Positions 28,061 to 38,533 of a stretch of 64,000 bases of DNA are shown piece by piece (the first letter of the stretch is position 1; each line of letters begins with the position of its first letter). The DNA is from an uncultured virus (IMG/VR IMGVR_UViG_3300009502_000040) (taxonomy: Duplodnaviria; Heunggongvirae; Uroviricota; Caudoviricetes), in IMG/VR virus record IMGVR_UViG_3300009502_000040; one strand, 5' to 3'. The position numbers and the translations under genes are program-made. The notes beneath the pieces are model-generated. The model made no database searches, was not told the DNA's origin, and was given only the letters and a program-made list of their open reading frames with translations.

Positions 28061-29149
28061 ATGATAGATAGAACACCAAAACTCGACTTTAACGATTTAC
28101 TCATACCGCCAGCACCTTTAAGTGAAATTACTTCACGAAAAGAAGTTAATGTTTTTGATCAGAATGGAATGCTTCCTCTTTTCACAGCACCAATGGATAC
28201 TGTAATCAGTCTTGAAAATTATAAAATTTTTGAAGACCAGAAAATTTATCCAATTTTACCAAGAACTACTCAGGTTTCAATTGATACTCATTCTGGATGG
28301 GTTGCGCTTAGTTTAAAAGCATTTGAAGAATACTTTGGTAAATTTGGTGGAAGTCAAACACCAAACTATTGGCAAAAAGGATTTGTAGGTAAGAAGTATA
28401 TTCTTTGTGATATTGCAAACGGTCACATGAAAAAATTAGTTGATATCGTTAAAATAGCCAAGTCACACTACGGAGATGATCTTGTATTGATGGTTGGTAA
28501 TATTGCAAATCCTAAAACATTCGGAATACTAAATGACGCTGGAGCAGATTATATTCGTGTAGGTATTGGAAATGGTGGTGGATGCTTAACAACACAAAAC
28601 ACTGGGATCGGGTATCCTATGGCATCACTAATTGATGAAATAAGAACCATGTTTCCATTCACTAAAGCTAAATTGGTTGCTGATGGGGGAATGAAAGATT
28701 ATCCAGATATCTATAAAGCATTAGCACTTGGAGCAGATTATTGTATGGTAGGGTCAATTTTAAATAAAGCTTTGGAGTCTGCTGGGGATACCTATTTCGC
28801 AAACATTCACCATCCAGACGGAACAACAGAACCTGGGAATCAGATTGACCAGTATTCAGAAGAAGCTAAATTAGCCCTTAGAATTCATGGTACCCGCCTT
28901 TACAAAAAGTTTAGGGGGATGAGTACTAAAGAAGTACAAAAAATAATAGGGAATGGTACATTGAGAACATCTGAAGGAATCACAAAAATGCAAACTGTAG
29001 AATATTCACTTTCTGGTTGGGTTGAAAATTTTAAAGACTACTTAGCTACACACATGTCTTATGTTGGAAAGAAAACATTAAGTGATTTTATTGGTAGAGT
29101 TGACTTAATTACAATTTCTCATGAAAGTCAAATGAGGTTCAAAAAATGA
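28061..29149 (+). CDS. guaC: GMP reductase / IMP dehydrogenase family (no CBS domains)
   Basis: TAPMDTV, DIANGH, GNIA, VGIGNGGGCLT catalytic loop, ADGG, FRGMS, SEG; GMPR vs IMPDH not resolvable by eye. Confidence 0.75.
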   Translation: MIDRTPKLDFNDLLIPPAPLSEITSRKEVNVFDQNGMLPLFTAPMDTVISLENYKIFEDQKIYPILPRTTQVSIDTHSGWVALSLKAFEEYFGKFGGSQTPNYWQKGFVGKKYILCDIANGHMKKLVDIVKIAKSHYGDDLVLMVGNIANPKTFGILNDAGADYIRVGIGNGGGCLTTQNTGIGYPMASLIDEIRTMFPFTKAKLVADGGMKDYPDIYKALALGADYCMVGSILNKALESAGDTYFANIHHPDGTTEPGNQIDQYSEEAKLALRIHGTRLYKKFRGMSTKEVQKIIGNGTLRTSEGITKMQTVEYSLSGWVENFKDYLATHMSYVGKKTLSDFIGRVDLITISHESQMRFKK

Positions 29150-29349
29150 ACCAGCGTAAATTAGTAAGCAAACTAACAGCAGCCGCAAATCTTATAAAGA
29201 TTAGTGGAACAACTTCAAAGGCTAATTGGGCAGTTGTAAAAAACCCATTAGCCATTGAAGAAGTAAAACGATTCATGGACGAACAAGATAGAAAAACCAA
29301 GAATTATATTAGGAAAACTAAGATAAATAAATTAAATTGGAAAAAATAA
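29146..29349 (+). CDS. Hypothetical protein with RxxKIxxL tag
   Basis: ends RKTKINKLNWKK. Confidence 0.7.
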   Translation: MNQRKLVSKLTAAANLIKISGTTSKANWAVVKNPLAIEEVKRFMDEQDRKTKNYIRKTKINKLNWKK

Positions 29350-29372
29350 TATCAAGTTCATACTTTTTCGTA

Positions 29373-30104
29373 TCATTTTTCACAGTAATATCTCATCTCT
29401 ATTAACTGATTTAATAAATCATTAGTATAATAGTCAGGTGATAAGCAATTACTTTTAGTTACAGGAGCTTCCACTGGATTAATTTCAATATCTTTTTGAA
29501 AAAGCCCCTTGAACAACATTAAAATTTTATATTTTGATTGGCATTCTGGGTTTGCAAGCGTTGTGACGTTATTGTAAGCCCCCCAGTTATCTATTATTTT
29601 TTCAGCCCATTTTGCCCATTCTAATGTAGTATTTCCATTCCAAAATTGGTTGGTATATCCATTTATTGTGCCTTCAGAATTTAAAAACCATTCCAAGAAT
29701 GAACATTTTGTTTCATCTTCAAACCCAATAATTGAAGTCTTTATTATTTTAGTGTTATGAACTGAATTTTCACGTGCTAATTTTTTAGACATCCCGTATG
29801 GGGTATCATCAGGTTCATCTGTATCTGGATGAATAATTTTAGCACCTAAATTATCAAGCCAAATAGGTAATTTAAAATTAACTTCATTGTACATCTTTTT
29901 ATCTGGCTTCTTCTGGGGGATTATACCAATAGCATTTATTATAAAATCTGCTTTACAATCAGACACGAACTTCTTAAAAGATTTGGAGGGCCATCTATGG
30001 ATTGTTGTAACAACAGAATATCCTTCTTTGATAAAATATCTTAGGCACATATTTCCAAGCATACCTCGGTGCCCCAAAACTAAAATTTTAAATTTTTTGT
30101 TCAT
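29373..30104 (-). CDS. RmlD-like NDP-keto-sugar reductase (SDR)
   Basis: GHRGMLG Rossmann motif, YGMSK. Confidence 0.8.
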   Translation of the reverse strand: MNKKFKILVLGHRGMLGNMCLRYFIKEGYSVVTTIHRWPSKSFKKFVSDCKADFIINAIGIIPQKKPDKKMYNEVNFKLPIWLDNLGAKIIHPDTDEPDDTPYGMSKKLARENSVHNTKIIKTSIIGFEDETKCSFLEWFLNSEGTINGYTNQFWNGNTTLEWAKWAEKIIDNWGAYNNVTTLANPECQSKYKILMLFKGLFQKDIEINPVEAPVTKSNCLSPDYYTNDLLNQLIEMRYYCEK

Positions 30105-31372
30105 AATCCAATCTTTATTTTTAATTCTTCATAATTATTTACTACCTGAATATCAGGAAAAGCGACAATATATTTGAAATTGTGATCCTTTAATTTTTCC
30201 ATAATCATCTTTGAATAGTTCCATGCAAAAATAAACACGTAATCAGCATCATATTTCATCTCATCTCTTGAAACTATTGGAATATTCATGGATGGAATAA
30301 TTCGTCCATATCTTTCTGGAGATTCATCTACAATATAATCAATTTCATTGTTGGTAAGTCCAACAATATTGCAAAACATGTTTGCCCTACCAGAAGAGCC
30401 GTATCCAATTATTTTTTTATTTTTGGCTTTCAATTCAGAAATAAAACTTTTAATTGAATTTATATGATCATTAGTCATTTTTTTAAATGTGAATAACTCC
30501 TTGTAAAGAAGCTTTTCATCTTCTATTGTTTTTTTAATTTTTTTATACTCTGTAGAAATCATAAATTTTTGCCAATCTGGTTGATTTAATCTTCCATTTT
30601 TAACATAAAATCTTATTGACCCAGAATGTGTTGGAATTTCTTCAAAATCGACCAGCGTCATTTCGAATTCTTTCATAAAATTTTGAATAGCTGTAACTGA
30701 ATAATAAAAAATATGTTCGTGATAAACATTGTCCCACTGCTTGAGCTCTACTAAATTTTTTAGATAATGAACTTCAAACACAAATATTCCATCCGAATCA
30801 AGAACATAGTTGATACCTCTTAAAACGCTTCTAATATCAGATATATGAGCGAATGTATTGTTTGCAATAACAACATCAAATAGACCACCCCAACCAAGGC
30901 TTTTAGCTTTCCTATAATTGAAATACCCAAGTTCAACCTCCAAACCTTTTTCTTCCGCTAAATCAACAATATTTTTGGCTGGGTCTATTCCAACAATGTT
31001 AACTTCGAGTTTTTCTAAAGGTTCCATTAGCACACCATCATTACACCCAATTTCCAAAACCGTTTTATCTCTTAATTCAAGCTTATCGTATAAATATTTA
31101 GCAACATCCTTAAAGTATCCGCTTAAACTCACTGATGATGAATATCTATAATCTTTAAATAACACATCTGGGTTAATTATTGAATCTGTTTGAACCAATC
31201 CACAATTAGGGCAAACCATCAAGTTAAGATCATATATTTTTTTATCATCTTCTCCTTTTTTTGGAAAATATCCAGCTAATGGAACTTTACCAAGTTCCAA
31301 AACATTTTGCAAATTTGAATTACAAACTGCACACTTTTTCCTTTTTTTATATGTTCTCGTTAGAAAGATCAT
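30101..31372 (-). CDS. NDP-hexose C-methyltransferase
   Basis: CAVC/CPNC Zn site, LEIGCNDG, NTFAH, YHEH, THSGS, GYG..GRA. Confidence 0.85.
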   Translation of the reverse strand: MIFLTRTYKKRKKCAVCNSNLQNVLELGKVPLAGYFPKKGEDDKKIYDLNLMVCPNCGLVQTDSIINPDVLFKDYRYSSSVSLSGYFKDVAKYLYDKLELRDKTVLEIGCNDGVLMEPLEKLEVNIVGIDPAKNIVDLAEEKGLEVELGYFNYRKAKSLGWGGLFDVVIANNTFAHISDIRSVLRGINYVLDSDGIFVFEVHYLKNLVELKQWDNVYHEHIFYYSVTAIQNFMKEFEMTLVDFEEIPTHSGSIRFYVKNGRLNQPDWQKFMISTEYKKIKKTIEDEKLLYKELFTFKKMTNDHINSIKSFISELKAKNKKIIGYGSSGRANMFCNIVGLTNNEIDYIVDESPERYGRIIPSMNIPIVSRDEMKYDADYVFIFAWNYSKMIMEKLKDHNFKYIVAFPDIQVVNNYEELKIKIGL

Positions 31373-33297
31373 AATTTTGGTTCTTTTTTGAAAAGATAGA
31401 AATCAGAATCAGATAAATAAAATTTAACTTCTATCTTATTTATATCACGCATTTCAAAAGTTGTTTTAGAAATATGTGGGGTTGAATTATTTAATATTTC
31501 ATGTTCTCGATATTTTATATCGTTATCGTAAATATATTCAATTTTAAATTTTTCCTTGAAATCACCAGTTATTGTGAACGTCTGGGTGCTAATATTGAAT
31601 TTACAATTTATATTATTTTTAACATCTGAGAAATCGAATTGTGTATACCATGGAAGTGGTCTTGTACTATCATTAACACGATTTTTTTCAATCAATGACA
31701 ATCCAGGATACTGATAGGCAACTTCAGTTTTTGTGACTGCTTGCTTTTTAAATCCTTTAACCATAGTGTTTAACCACATATCGGCTGGTTCCCAAGGCAT
31801 ATTCATTTTAGATAAATAAAAATTTCTTGACTCTTTGGTTAATAATATACAGTGTGCCCGTACTATTTGATCAACAATATAATATTCATTCTCTTCAAAT
31901 ATAATCCCTCCATTTAAATATTGTTTACCATAATCTTCAACCCACCAATAATTCCCACCAAACGAAAATTGATAAATACCATTTTCAGAGCAGTACTTCA
32001 AAACTTTTTTTATTAGCATATAAAATTCCAACGGTGATGTTCGTAAAACACAATCACATTCACATAATAATAGTGCATCCAAATCTTCAGTGAAGTTATC
32101 TTCAATTGCCTTTTTAAATGATAAATATGCACCATAATGACCTTCATAATATGGTAGCCCAAGTCCATCCGTACATGGCGGAAATTCACCTTTAAATGGT
32201 ATGTTTACTTGCTGAATATATTTAATACCATTAAATATTGTTAATTTTTTAATAGATTCGATAGATTTTTTTTCCCTTTCGCTTTCAACATCAGTCAAAA
32301 TATGAACAAGCTTAACATTTAAATTTGAACTTGGTTCAAATTTAATCTCATTTTTAATTGCATAAATCATCCCGCTGTCGTCAGTTAGCCAAGTATCATT
32401 TTTCATTAGCACTTTAAAATTACTTTTGGTTAATTTATCCACAATTTTAGATACTTGCTTATTATCATTATCATGGAATTCAATTGCAAATTTTCTTACA
32501 ATAGATAAATCCAAAGCTTCAATTATTTCATATTCGTTGCCTTCACAATCTATCTTCATGAAGTCTATTTTTGTAATATTGTTGTCCCGAATGAAATCAT
32601 TCAAACCAACAACTTTACATAATCGCCTTTCAAATAACCCATCACTTGAACTTCCTTGGGTATGATCATTAATTTTAGACTGCACCCCATCATATCTAAT
32701 ATCAATATAAGACTCATGACTTGTTGCTCCAACCGCAACATTATATAATTGAATTTGTGGTGTAGACTGACTTCTGGAATTTGTAAAATCATATATTTCT
32801 TTTACTGGCTCAAAAGAATAACATGTTTTAGCTTTTTGATAATGTACTGACATCATAGAAAAAATTCCAACATTGGCTCCGATATCAAATACTATATCAT
32901 TTGGTTCAACTTTTACATCAGCAAACGAGTATTCATTCCCAAAAAATATTTCATATAATGGAACACCCAACAGACCGAATGGTAATTTAGCATCTCTACC
33001 ATAATCTTTAAATATATTCAATGTGTCTTTTTCCCTTATATCTTTGGTGCCGTTATTATAAATATCCTTCGAAAAAATCAAATTTTGATCCATATCATAC
33101 ACATTAAAAATTTTGTATGATACATCTACGAATTCTGTGATAAAGTACGAAACGTCTTTATTGAGTTCCATATAATTTTTATAAAATGGTAATTTACTAT
33201 GTCCATCCAAAAAATGACAGTTAACTTTTTTAATTTCTTCATCACCTTCCCATTTGAAATGAACTGTATTTTCTGAAAGTTTATATAAATTTATCAT
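31369..33297 (-). CDS. FkbM-family methyltransferase fused to glycosyltransferase-like domain
   Basis: DIGANVG, FEP, KIDCEGNE; downstream GHYGAYLS...ECD...PAD GT-A-like segment. Confidence 0.8.
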   Translation of the reverse strand: MINLYKLSENTVHFKWEGDEEIKKVNCHFLDGHSKLPFYKNYMELNKDVSYFITEFVDVSYKIFNVYDMDQNLIFSKDIYNNGTKDIREKDTLNIFKDYGRDAKLPFGLLGVPLYEIFFGNEYSFADVKVEPNDIVFDIGANVGIFSMMSVHYQKAKTCYSFEPVKEIYDFTNSRSQSTPQIQLYNVAVGATSHESYIDIRYDGVQSKINDHTQGSSSDGLFERRLCKVVGLNDFIRDNNITKIDFMKIDCEGNEYEIIEALDLSIVRKFAIEFHDNDNKQVSKIVDKLTKSNFKVLMKNDTWLTDDSGMIYAIKNEIKFEPSSNLNVKLVHILTDVESEREKKSIESIKKLTIFNGIKYIQQVNIPFKGEFPPCTDGLGLPYYEGHYGAYLSFKKAIEDNFTEDLDALLLCECDCVLRTSPLEFYMLIKKVLKYCSENGIYQFSFGGNYWWVEDYGKQYLNGGIIFEENEYYIVDQIVRAHCILLTKESRNFYLSKMNMPWEPADMWLNTMVKGFKKQAVTKTEVAYQYPGLSLIEKNRVNDSTRPLPWYTQFDFSDVKNNINCKFNISTQTFTITGDFKEKFKIEYIYDNDIKYREHEILNNSTPHISKTTFEMRDINKIEVKFYLSDSDFYLFKKEPKL

Positions 33298-34250
33298 ATT
33301 GCAAAATAGTTATTTTTTTCTAAAATATCAATAAGTTCAGCCTTTGAAACAACAAAATCTTTGCTACTATATTCATCATTTGGAAATTCTACAGGGTGTT
33401 CAACACCAGTTTGAATTTTTTCATAATGCATATAAAAATTGTTTGTTTCTATATCATAATTAACTCGTGGCATTTCTTCCTTCGAAATCATAAGTTCATG
33501 AATTTTTTCAGATATTCTTGGTTCACCAAGTTTATATGTAAGCCCAAATTTTTCATTGTAAATATCAAATAGGTCCTTAATTCTAAAACTTTTAACAAAT
33601 GGTATAACATTGTAACCATTTAACGATAATCCAAATTCAATAAGCTGCATTGCCCGTTCAATATCCAACATAAAACGTGTCATTTCATCTGAGTATAATG
33701 TAAGGGGATATTTTTTCTTTATACTATCCCATATCAAGGGTATGATACTGCCAGTTGAGTTGAATACATTACCATAAATTGCAGATGATAATTTTACTGG
33801 AAGCTTAGAAACACCAGCATTAACTATAAATAATTCCCCTGCGACAAATTTCATGGAGCCGTATAGTGTTGTGGCTGATCTGGACTTATCTGATGAAATA
33901 AAACATGCGGATTCCATTTTATTCTCCTCCGCACATCGTCTTGAATTTATAGCACCATCAATAATAACTTTAACCGCTTCTTCATAATTCTGATCAACTG
34001 CGCCAATTTGCTTTAAACTGGCTGTAAATATACCAATATCGCACCCATCTGACATACGCTTCATAAGATCAAAATTTCTAACATCACCGATCTTACAGAT
34101 AATATTTGGAAATTCTTTTTTTAAGTAATAATGCTTAGCTTCATCCCTTGAAAAAACTACAATTTCATTTGAAGAATGATATCTTCTAACAAGGTTGCTT
34201 CCCAAATAACCAGCTCCGCCAGTTATAAAAATTCTTTTACCATTTAACAT
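33294..34250 (-). CDS. NDP-sugar 4,6-dehydratase (PseB/CapD-like)
   Basis: TGGAGYLG, FSRDEAK, GDVR, SSDK, YGSMK, YGNVFNSTGSIIP. Confidence 0.88.
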   Translation of the reverse strand: MLNGKRIFITGGAGYLGSNLVRRYHSSNEIVVFSRDEAKHYYLKKEFPNIICKIGDVRNFDLMKRMSDGCDIGIFTASLKQIGAVDQNYEEAVKVIIDGAINSRRCAEENKMESACFISSDKSRSATTLYGSMKFVAGELFIVNAGVSKLPVKLSSAIYGNVFNSTGSIIPLIWDSIKKKYPLTLYSDEMTRFMLDIERAMQLIEFGLSLNGYNVIPFVKSFRIKDLFDIYNEKFGLTYKLGEPRISEKIHELMISKEEMPRVNYDIETNNFYMHYEKIQTGVEHPVEFPNDEYSSKDFVVSKAELIDILEKNNYFAI

Positions 34251-34264
34251 CAGCAGTTATTATT

Positions 34265-35275
34265 TTAAAGTATCTCAAATTCACTATGTGATTTAAATAA
34301 ATCTATGGTGCTTTGTGATATTTTTTTCCCATCAATTTCAATATTTATTTCATATTCGTTTGACAGGAAATCACCGTAAGTTATGGCAAATTCATAAAAT
34401 AAATATTCGATCCGCTTAGTACATGATGTACTACTTATAAATCCAGACTTTTTTTCTTCAATAAAAATTTCGATATTAATTGGTTCTAAAATATTAAATA
34501 CAAGTAAGTAAAATTCATCAGTATCTTTTTTTACCCCAATATGGAATTTAGCTTTTTCTAAAGAAAAAGCATCAAAAGGTGAATTATTTTCCACTATTTC
34601 GCTTCCAGACGACTTAAATGTTTTATCGCCTTCGACATCCATAGTTGAATAGAAATCTGATGAATATTGTTCTGGTGTAAATTTAGAAAATAACAACATC
34701 GATTTTTCTATTTTATAATCTAAATAATTTTCGGCAAACCCCAGATTTTTGGAATATTCATTAATATCTATAGAATCAAGAAAATTACTTCTGGTACTAA
34801 ATGCAGATAATACCATATTGATATTATCTTTGAAATAAAAAAGCACACCTTCAAATTTGTCATTTCTATCCAATTCTCTAATAATATTTTTAGCCAATTT
34901 TTTTGTTATAATAACATCATAGTTTAAAATTATAACATTATCGTATCCAAGTCTTTTTAAATAATCAACGCCACGTTTCCACTGCTGTAATGCAGTATAT
35001 CCATAGTCATCCTTTACAATGGACATCTTAATTTTGGATTTTTCATGAATTCTCCAGAAAAATAAATGTTTTTCTGGGTACTTAAAAACTGGGTTTGATG
35101 AATCATAGATATAGTAATTAACTTGGTTTTGAATAAAATTTAATGGATAATGTGCATGAACACAAATATCAGCATCCAATGTCATTTCTTTTATATTCAA
35201 AACGCATTCTAATAATGCGGATTCTTTCTTAGGCGTATTACAATATGACGTTATTAAGAAACAATTTTTGTTCAT
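34265..35275 (-). CDS. Putative glycosyltransferase-like protein, paralogue 1 of 3
   Basis: CFLITSYC.T, ICVHAHYPL, YYIYD..N, DYG, NYD shared with 35842 and 36837. Confidence 0.55.
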   Translation of the reverse strand: MNKNCFLITSYCNTPKKESALLECVLNIKEMTLDADICVHAHYPLNFIQNQVNYYIYDSSNPVFKYPEKHLFFWRIHEKSKIKMSIVKDDYGYTALQQWKRGVDYLKRLGYDNVIILNYDVIITKKLAKNIIRELDRNDKFEGVLFYFKDNINMVLSAFSTRSNFLDSIDINEYSKNLGFAENYLDYKIEKSMLLFSKFTPEQYSSDFYSTMDVEGDKTFKSSGSEIVENNSPFDAFSLEKAKFHIGVKKDTDEFYLLVFNILEPINIEIFIEEKKSGFISSTSCTKRIEYLFYEFAITYGDFLSNEYEINIEIDGKKISQSTIDLFKSHSEFEIL

Positions 35276-35839
35276 TTATATAAATTTTTTTACTCTTCTA
35301 TCATTTCGTCTCATCACAAATGTTATCCCAGTTTCATGAATTGGAAATGTCATTATATTTAATTGTGGGTAATTTAAATGAATATGATCCACGATTTTAT
35401 AGGAATTTGAGCAATAAAAATCTTGAGTCAATCTATTATCTATAGGGTCTGAATCGTGAAATATTATTATTCCAAATTCATTCAATATTTTAAGCGAGTT
35501 TTCAAAATCTTTCAAAACTTGCGGAAACCGATGATCACCATCAATAAAAATTATATCATACGTTTTTTTATTCTTCGAAAAAAACTCATCACTTGTCATA
35601 TTATTAAATATAATTCCATCCTTATCATCCATTTTATCTTCATAATCAACAGCTTCACACACATCAACTTCGTTTCTAATATTGTGTATGCACAATCCAT
35701 TTTCTACGCCAACTTCCAAATAAGTTTTACAATTTGTTAATTTAACAATCCACTTTATTAAATTGGAGTAGTGATCTTTCGTTGGTAAGTCAGATAAAAA
35801 ATCGATATCATAAACTTTTGAATATCCGTATTTGTCCAT
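35276..35839 (-). CDS. Class I SAM-dependent methyltransferase (Methyltransf_24-like)
   Basis: YLEVG, DIIFIDGDH, GIIIFHD. Confidence 0.85.
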   Translation of the reverse strand: MDKYGYSKVYDIDFLSDLPTKDHYSNLIKWIVKLTNCKTYLEVGVENGLCIHNIRNEVDVCEAVDYEDKMDDKDGIIFNNMTSDEFFSKNKKTYDIIFIDGDHRFPQVLKDFENSLKILNEFGIIIFHDSDPIDNRLTQDFYCSNSYKIVDHIHLNYPQLNIMTFPIHETGITFVMRRNDRRVKKFI

Positions 35840-35841
35840 AT

Positions 35842-36840
35842 TTAATTTTTATTTTTTAATAAATCATGCTCAATTGCAGATAGGCAAAATGTGTTTATTG
35901 TATCTTGTTCTATAAGCTCACCATTGATATATAATTTGAATTCATGGTCCTGTTTGATAAAAACCCCGTTAACATATTCACCAATATATTTTTTGTAAAT
36001 ATCATCCATAGTTAACCCAGTATCTACAAATATTGGATCAGTATCGATAATAAGTTTTTCTTTAAAAACTTCTCCATCCAGACATAGCTTTAAATGAATA
36101 GGTTTTTGAATATTATAAAAGAAAATTTCAAATATATTTGTATATTTTTTTTCATTATTCTCCCATAAAATACGTTCACCAGCATGAAAATAGTAGCCAT
36201 TTCTTTCATATCTTTCAAATTCATGCGGCTGATGCCTTATTTTAGAATCAACAAAATCGTTAAGGTATAAATTATTACCATAAAATTTATTGAATATGTA
36301 TTTTTCAGCATACCAATATTCATTCATTGATATATAATCTTCAACACTCATACTTTCAATAATTGGCAAATACTTTTTCATGTTATATGACATCAAAGTT
36401 GCACTGGTTTCATCTTCTTTCAATAAAAAAAACACTCCATCATAAATTTCACTTTGCTTGATCTTTAGTAAAAGCTCATCTGACACAATGGTGTCATAAT
36501 TTACAACGTGAATAATATCATATCCCAGATCATATAAATATAATGATCCATTTCGTATTTGGTATATTACAGTGGAGCCATAATCATGTTTAAGCACATT
36601 TAGCTGATGTGTGAGGAACTTTCTCCACATAATGATACTTCGGGTGCCTAAAGGTATTATAGGGTTCGTAATGTCATATAAGTAATGATTTACTTTACTT
36701 TGAATTTCAGCATCCAATGGATAATGCGCATGGATACAAATATCAATATTGTATTTTTTTAAGCTATCAATTGTTGATATTAAAATATCCATTTTTTCCT
36801 GTGTATCACAATATGATGTAATTAAAAAACATTCTTTCAT
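35842..36840 (-). CDS. Putative glycosyltransferase-like protein, paralogue 2 of 3
   Basis: MKECFLITSYCDT...NYD. Confidence 0.55.
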   Translation of the reverse strand: MKECFLITSYCDTQEKMDILISTIDSLKKYNIDICIHAHYPLDAEIQSKVNHYLYDITNPIIPLGTRSIIMWRKFLTHQLNVLKHDYGSTVIYQIRNGSLYLYDLGYDIIHVVNYDTIVSDELLLKIKQSEIYDGVFFLLKEDETSATLMSYNMKKYLPIIESMSVEDYISMNEYWYAEKYIFNKFYGNNLYLNDFVDSKIRHQPHEFERYERNGYYFHAGERILWENNEKKYTNIFEIFFYNIQKPIHLKLCLDGEVFKEKLIIDTDPIFVDTGLTMDDIYKKYIGEYVNGVFIKQDHEFKLYINGELIEQDTINTFCLSAIEHDLLKNKN

Positions 36841-37844
36841 ACGTATATTATTTTTGCATTTTGAATACCTTTAACAACAATATCATTTAGAATTTCAATA
36901 TTATTAATTTTGATGGAAGCCTCATTTTTTTCATATAATGATACGAAATTATCATATGTTAAATGAGTTTCAAATGATTCAAAATTCATATTACCTACGA
37001 CATCCCCCTGAATAAGATTGGATGCTACACCACCCTTCTTAAAGCATGTGATTGACTCATCACCGATATTTATTTCAATGCTGATATTTTCTGATATATT
37101 ATAAATCAAAATTTCAAATAGCCCAAACGGTAGGTTCTGTACCATACGCTGACCAATAAATATCCTAAATGCATCGAACTTCAGTATATAAAATAAGTTT
37201 AATGATATTTTTTGATATAAATCAAATCCTTCTATTAAATTATTTGTTGCATCCATCACACTTTCTGATGTAATTTTAACGATATTATACTGCTCATTTG
37301 AAATGAGTTGATCCAAGTATTCTTCCATAACCCAATCACTTCGCATACTTAAGTAATTTTCTAAATTAATTTTGTCAAAAAATTCAAGTATATTATTTGG
37401 TTTAACTGAAAAAAAATATGGAACTAATCCATTCTTATAATAAAAAACACCATTATTATCGATTAAATATCTTGAATTCTCTTTAAAAAAGTTATCAGTA
37501 AACCCAGCATCATAATTAACAAAATGAACAGTATCATACATTTTGCTTAAAAATAATGATCCCCGCTTAAATTGATGTAGTACGGCAAGACCATAATCAT
37601 CATTTTCAACCGACAATGTTCTATGAATAGTTGCTTTATAGATATAAACTTTTCTATTAACTATAGCATTATCTGAGTCATAAATATAATATTCTACACT
37701 TTTTTGTATTGAAGATGGTAAAGGAAAAGTTGCATATATGCAAATGTCAATATTGTGTTTTTTTAAATTTTCAACTGTTTCGCATAATACATTAAGTTTA
37801 TCCTGAGTGTCACAATATGACGCAATTAAGAAACATTCTTTCAT
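36837..37844 (-). CDS. Putative glycosyltransferase-like protein, paralogue 3 of 3
   Basis: MKECFLIASYCDT...NYD. Confidence 0.55.
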   Translation of the reverse strand: MKECFLIASYCDTQDKLNVLCETVENLKKHNIDICIYATFPLPSSIQKSVEYYIYDSDNAIVNRKVYIYKATIHRTLSVENDDYGLAVLHQFKRGSLFLSKMYDTVHFVNYDAGFTDNFFKENSRYLIDNNGVFYYKNGLVPYFFSVKPNNILEFFDKINLENYLSMRSDWVMEEYLDQLISNEQYNIVKITSESVMDATNNLIEGFDLYQKISLNLFYILKFDAFRIFIGQRMVQNLPFGLFEILIYNISENISIEINIGDESITCFKKGGVASNLIQGDVVGNMNFESFETHLTYDNFVSLYEKNEASIKINNIEILNDIVVKGIQNAKIIYV

Positions 37845-37879
37845 AATAACTTATAATCAAAAATAATAATTAAGTTTTT

Positions 37880-37889
37880 TAATATATAC
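37880..37889 (+). promoter_or_regulatory. TAATATATAC late-promoter-like motif (representative of about 16 copies)
   Basis: ATATATA core about 10-35 nt upstream of structural and leader-bearing genes. Confidence 0.6.
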
Positions 37890-37907
37890 ATAAAATTAAA
37901 TATTTAA

Positions 37908-38498
37908 ATGTCATTATTAAGACAGAGTTCTTCAGATCAAATGAATCGTATTGTGAATCAAATTCACAAAGAGATAGGTGGAGATATTGGTGAGGTTACC
38001 GCTGGAGTTGGGTCCAATTCAGCTAATTTTATAGCTATTAAAAATCCAATTAACAGAAAAATTGACACATATGATAAATTTACTAAACGGGATAATAGAT
38101 TACAAACCAGAGCATTTGTTTCAAAACATGTTAATAAACCTATAGTTAAAAAAATGTTGGATGGGAGTCAAAAAATAAAACCAAAAGGAAATGCAAATGA
38201 GGGATCGAGATATATTTTGGATTTAGATACAAAAGATGTTAAATTAGCTGGAAACTCAGAATATCCAGTTGGAACAAAAATAAAATTTAAAGATGAAGGT
38301 CGAGAATTAACTGGAACATTAACTCACCCATTTGGATTTTGCCAAGGAGATGTCGGTGTTATTCTTGATGAAACTGGAATTTTTCAAGATGATAGATGTT
38401 GCTTAAGAAATCACGAATATACTGTTATTGATCCTGAAATGTTAAATGATGTTGACAAATTCAAGAAAAATAGAACATTTAAAAGATTTGATTTATAA
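37908..38498 (+). CDS. Hypothetical protein with RFDL tag
   Basis: ends KNRTFKRFDL*. Confidence 0.8.
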   Translation: MSLLRQSSSDQMNRIVNQIHKEIGGDIGEVTAGVGSNSANFIAIKNPINRKIDTYDKFTKRDNRLQTRAFVSKHVNKPIVKKMLDGSQKIKPKGNANEGSRYILDLDTKDVKLAGNSEYPVGTKIKFKDEGRELTGTLTHPFGFCQGDVGVILDETGIFQDDRCCLRNHEYTVIDPEMLNDVDKFKKNRTFKRFDL

Positions 38499-38533
38499 AA
38501 ATTATATATACTAAAAAACATAATCCATAAAAA

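Noticed and set aside
29373..37844. Bacterial chromosomal O-antigen/capsule locus (host contamination)
   Set aside because: No flippase, polymerase or export genes; preceded by the same phage promoter motif and flanked by phage genes
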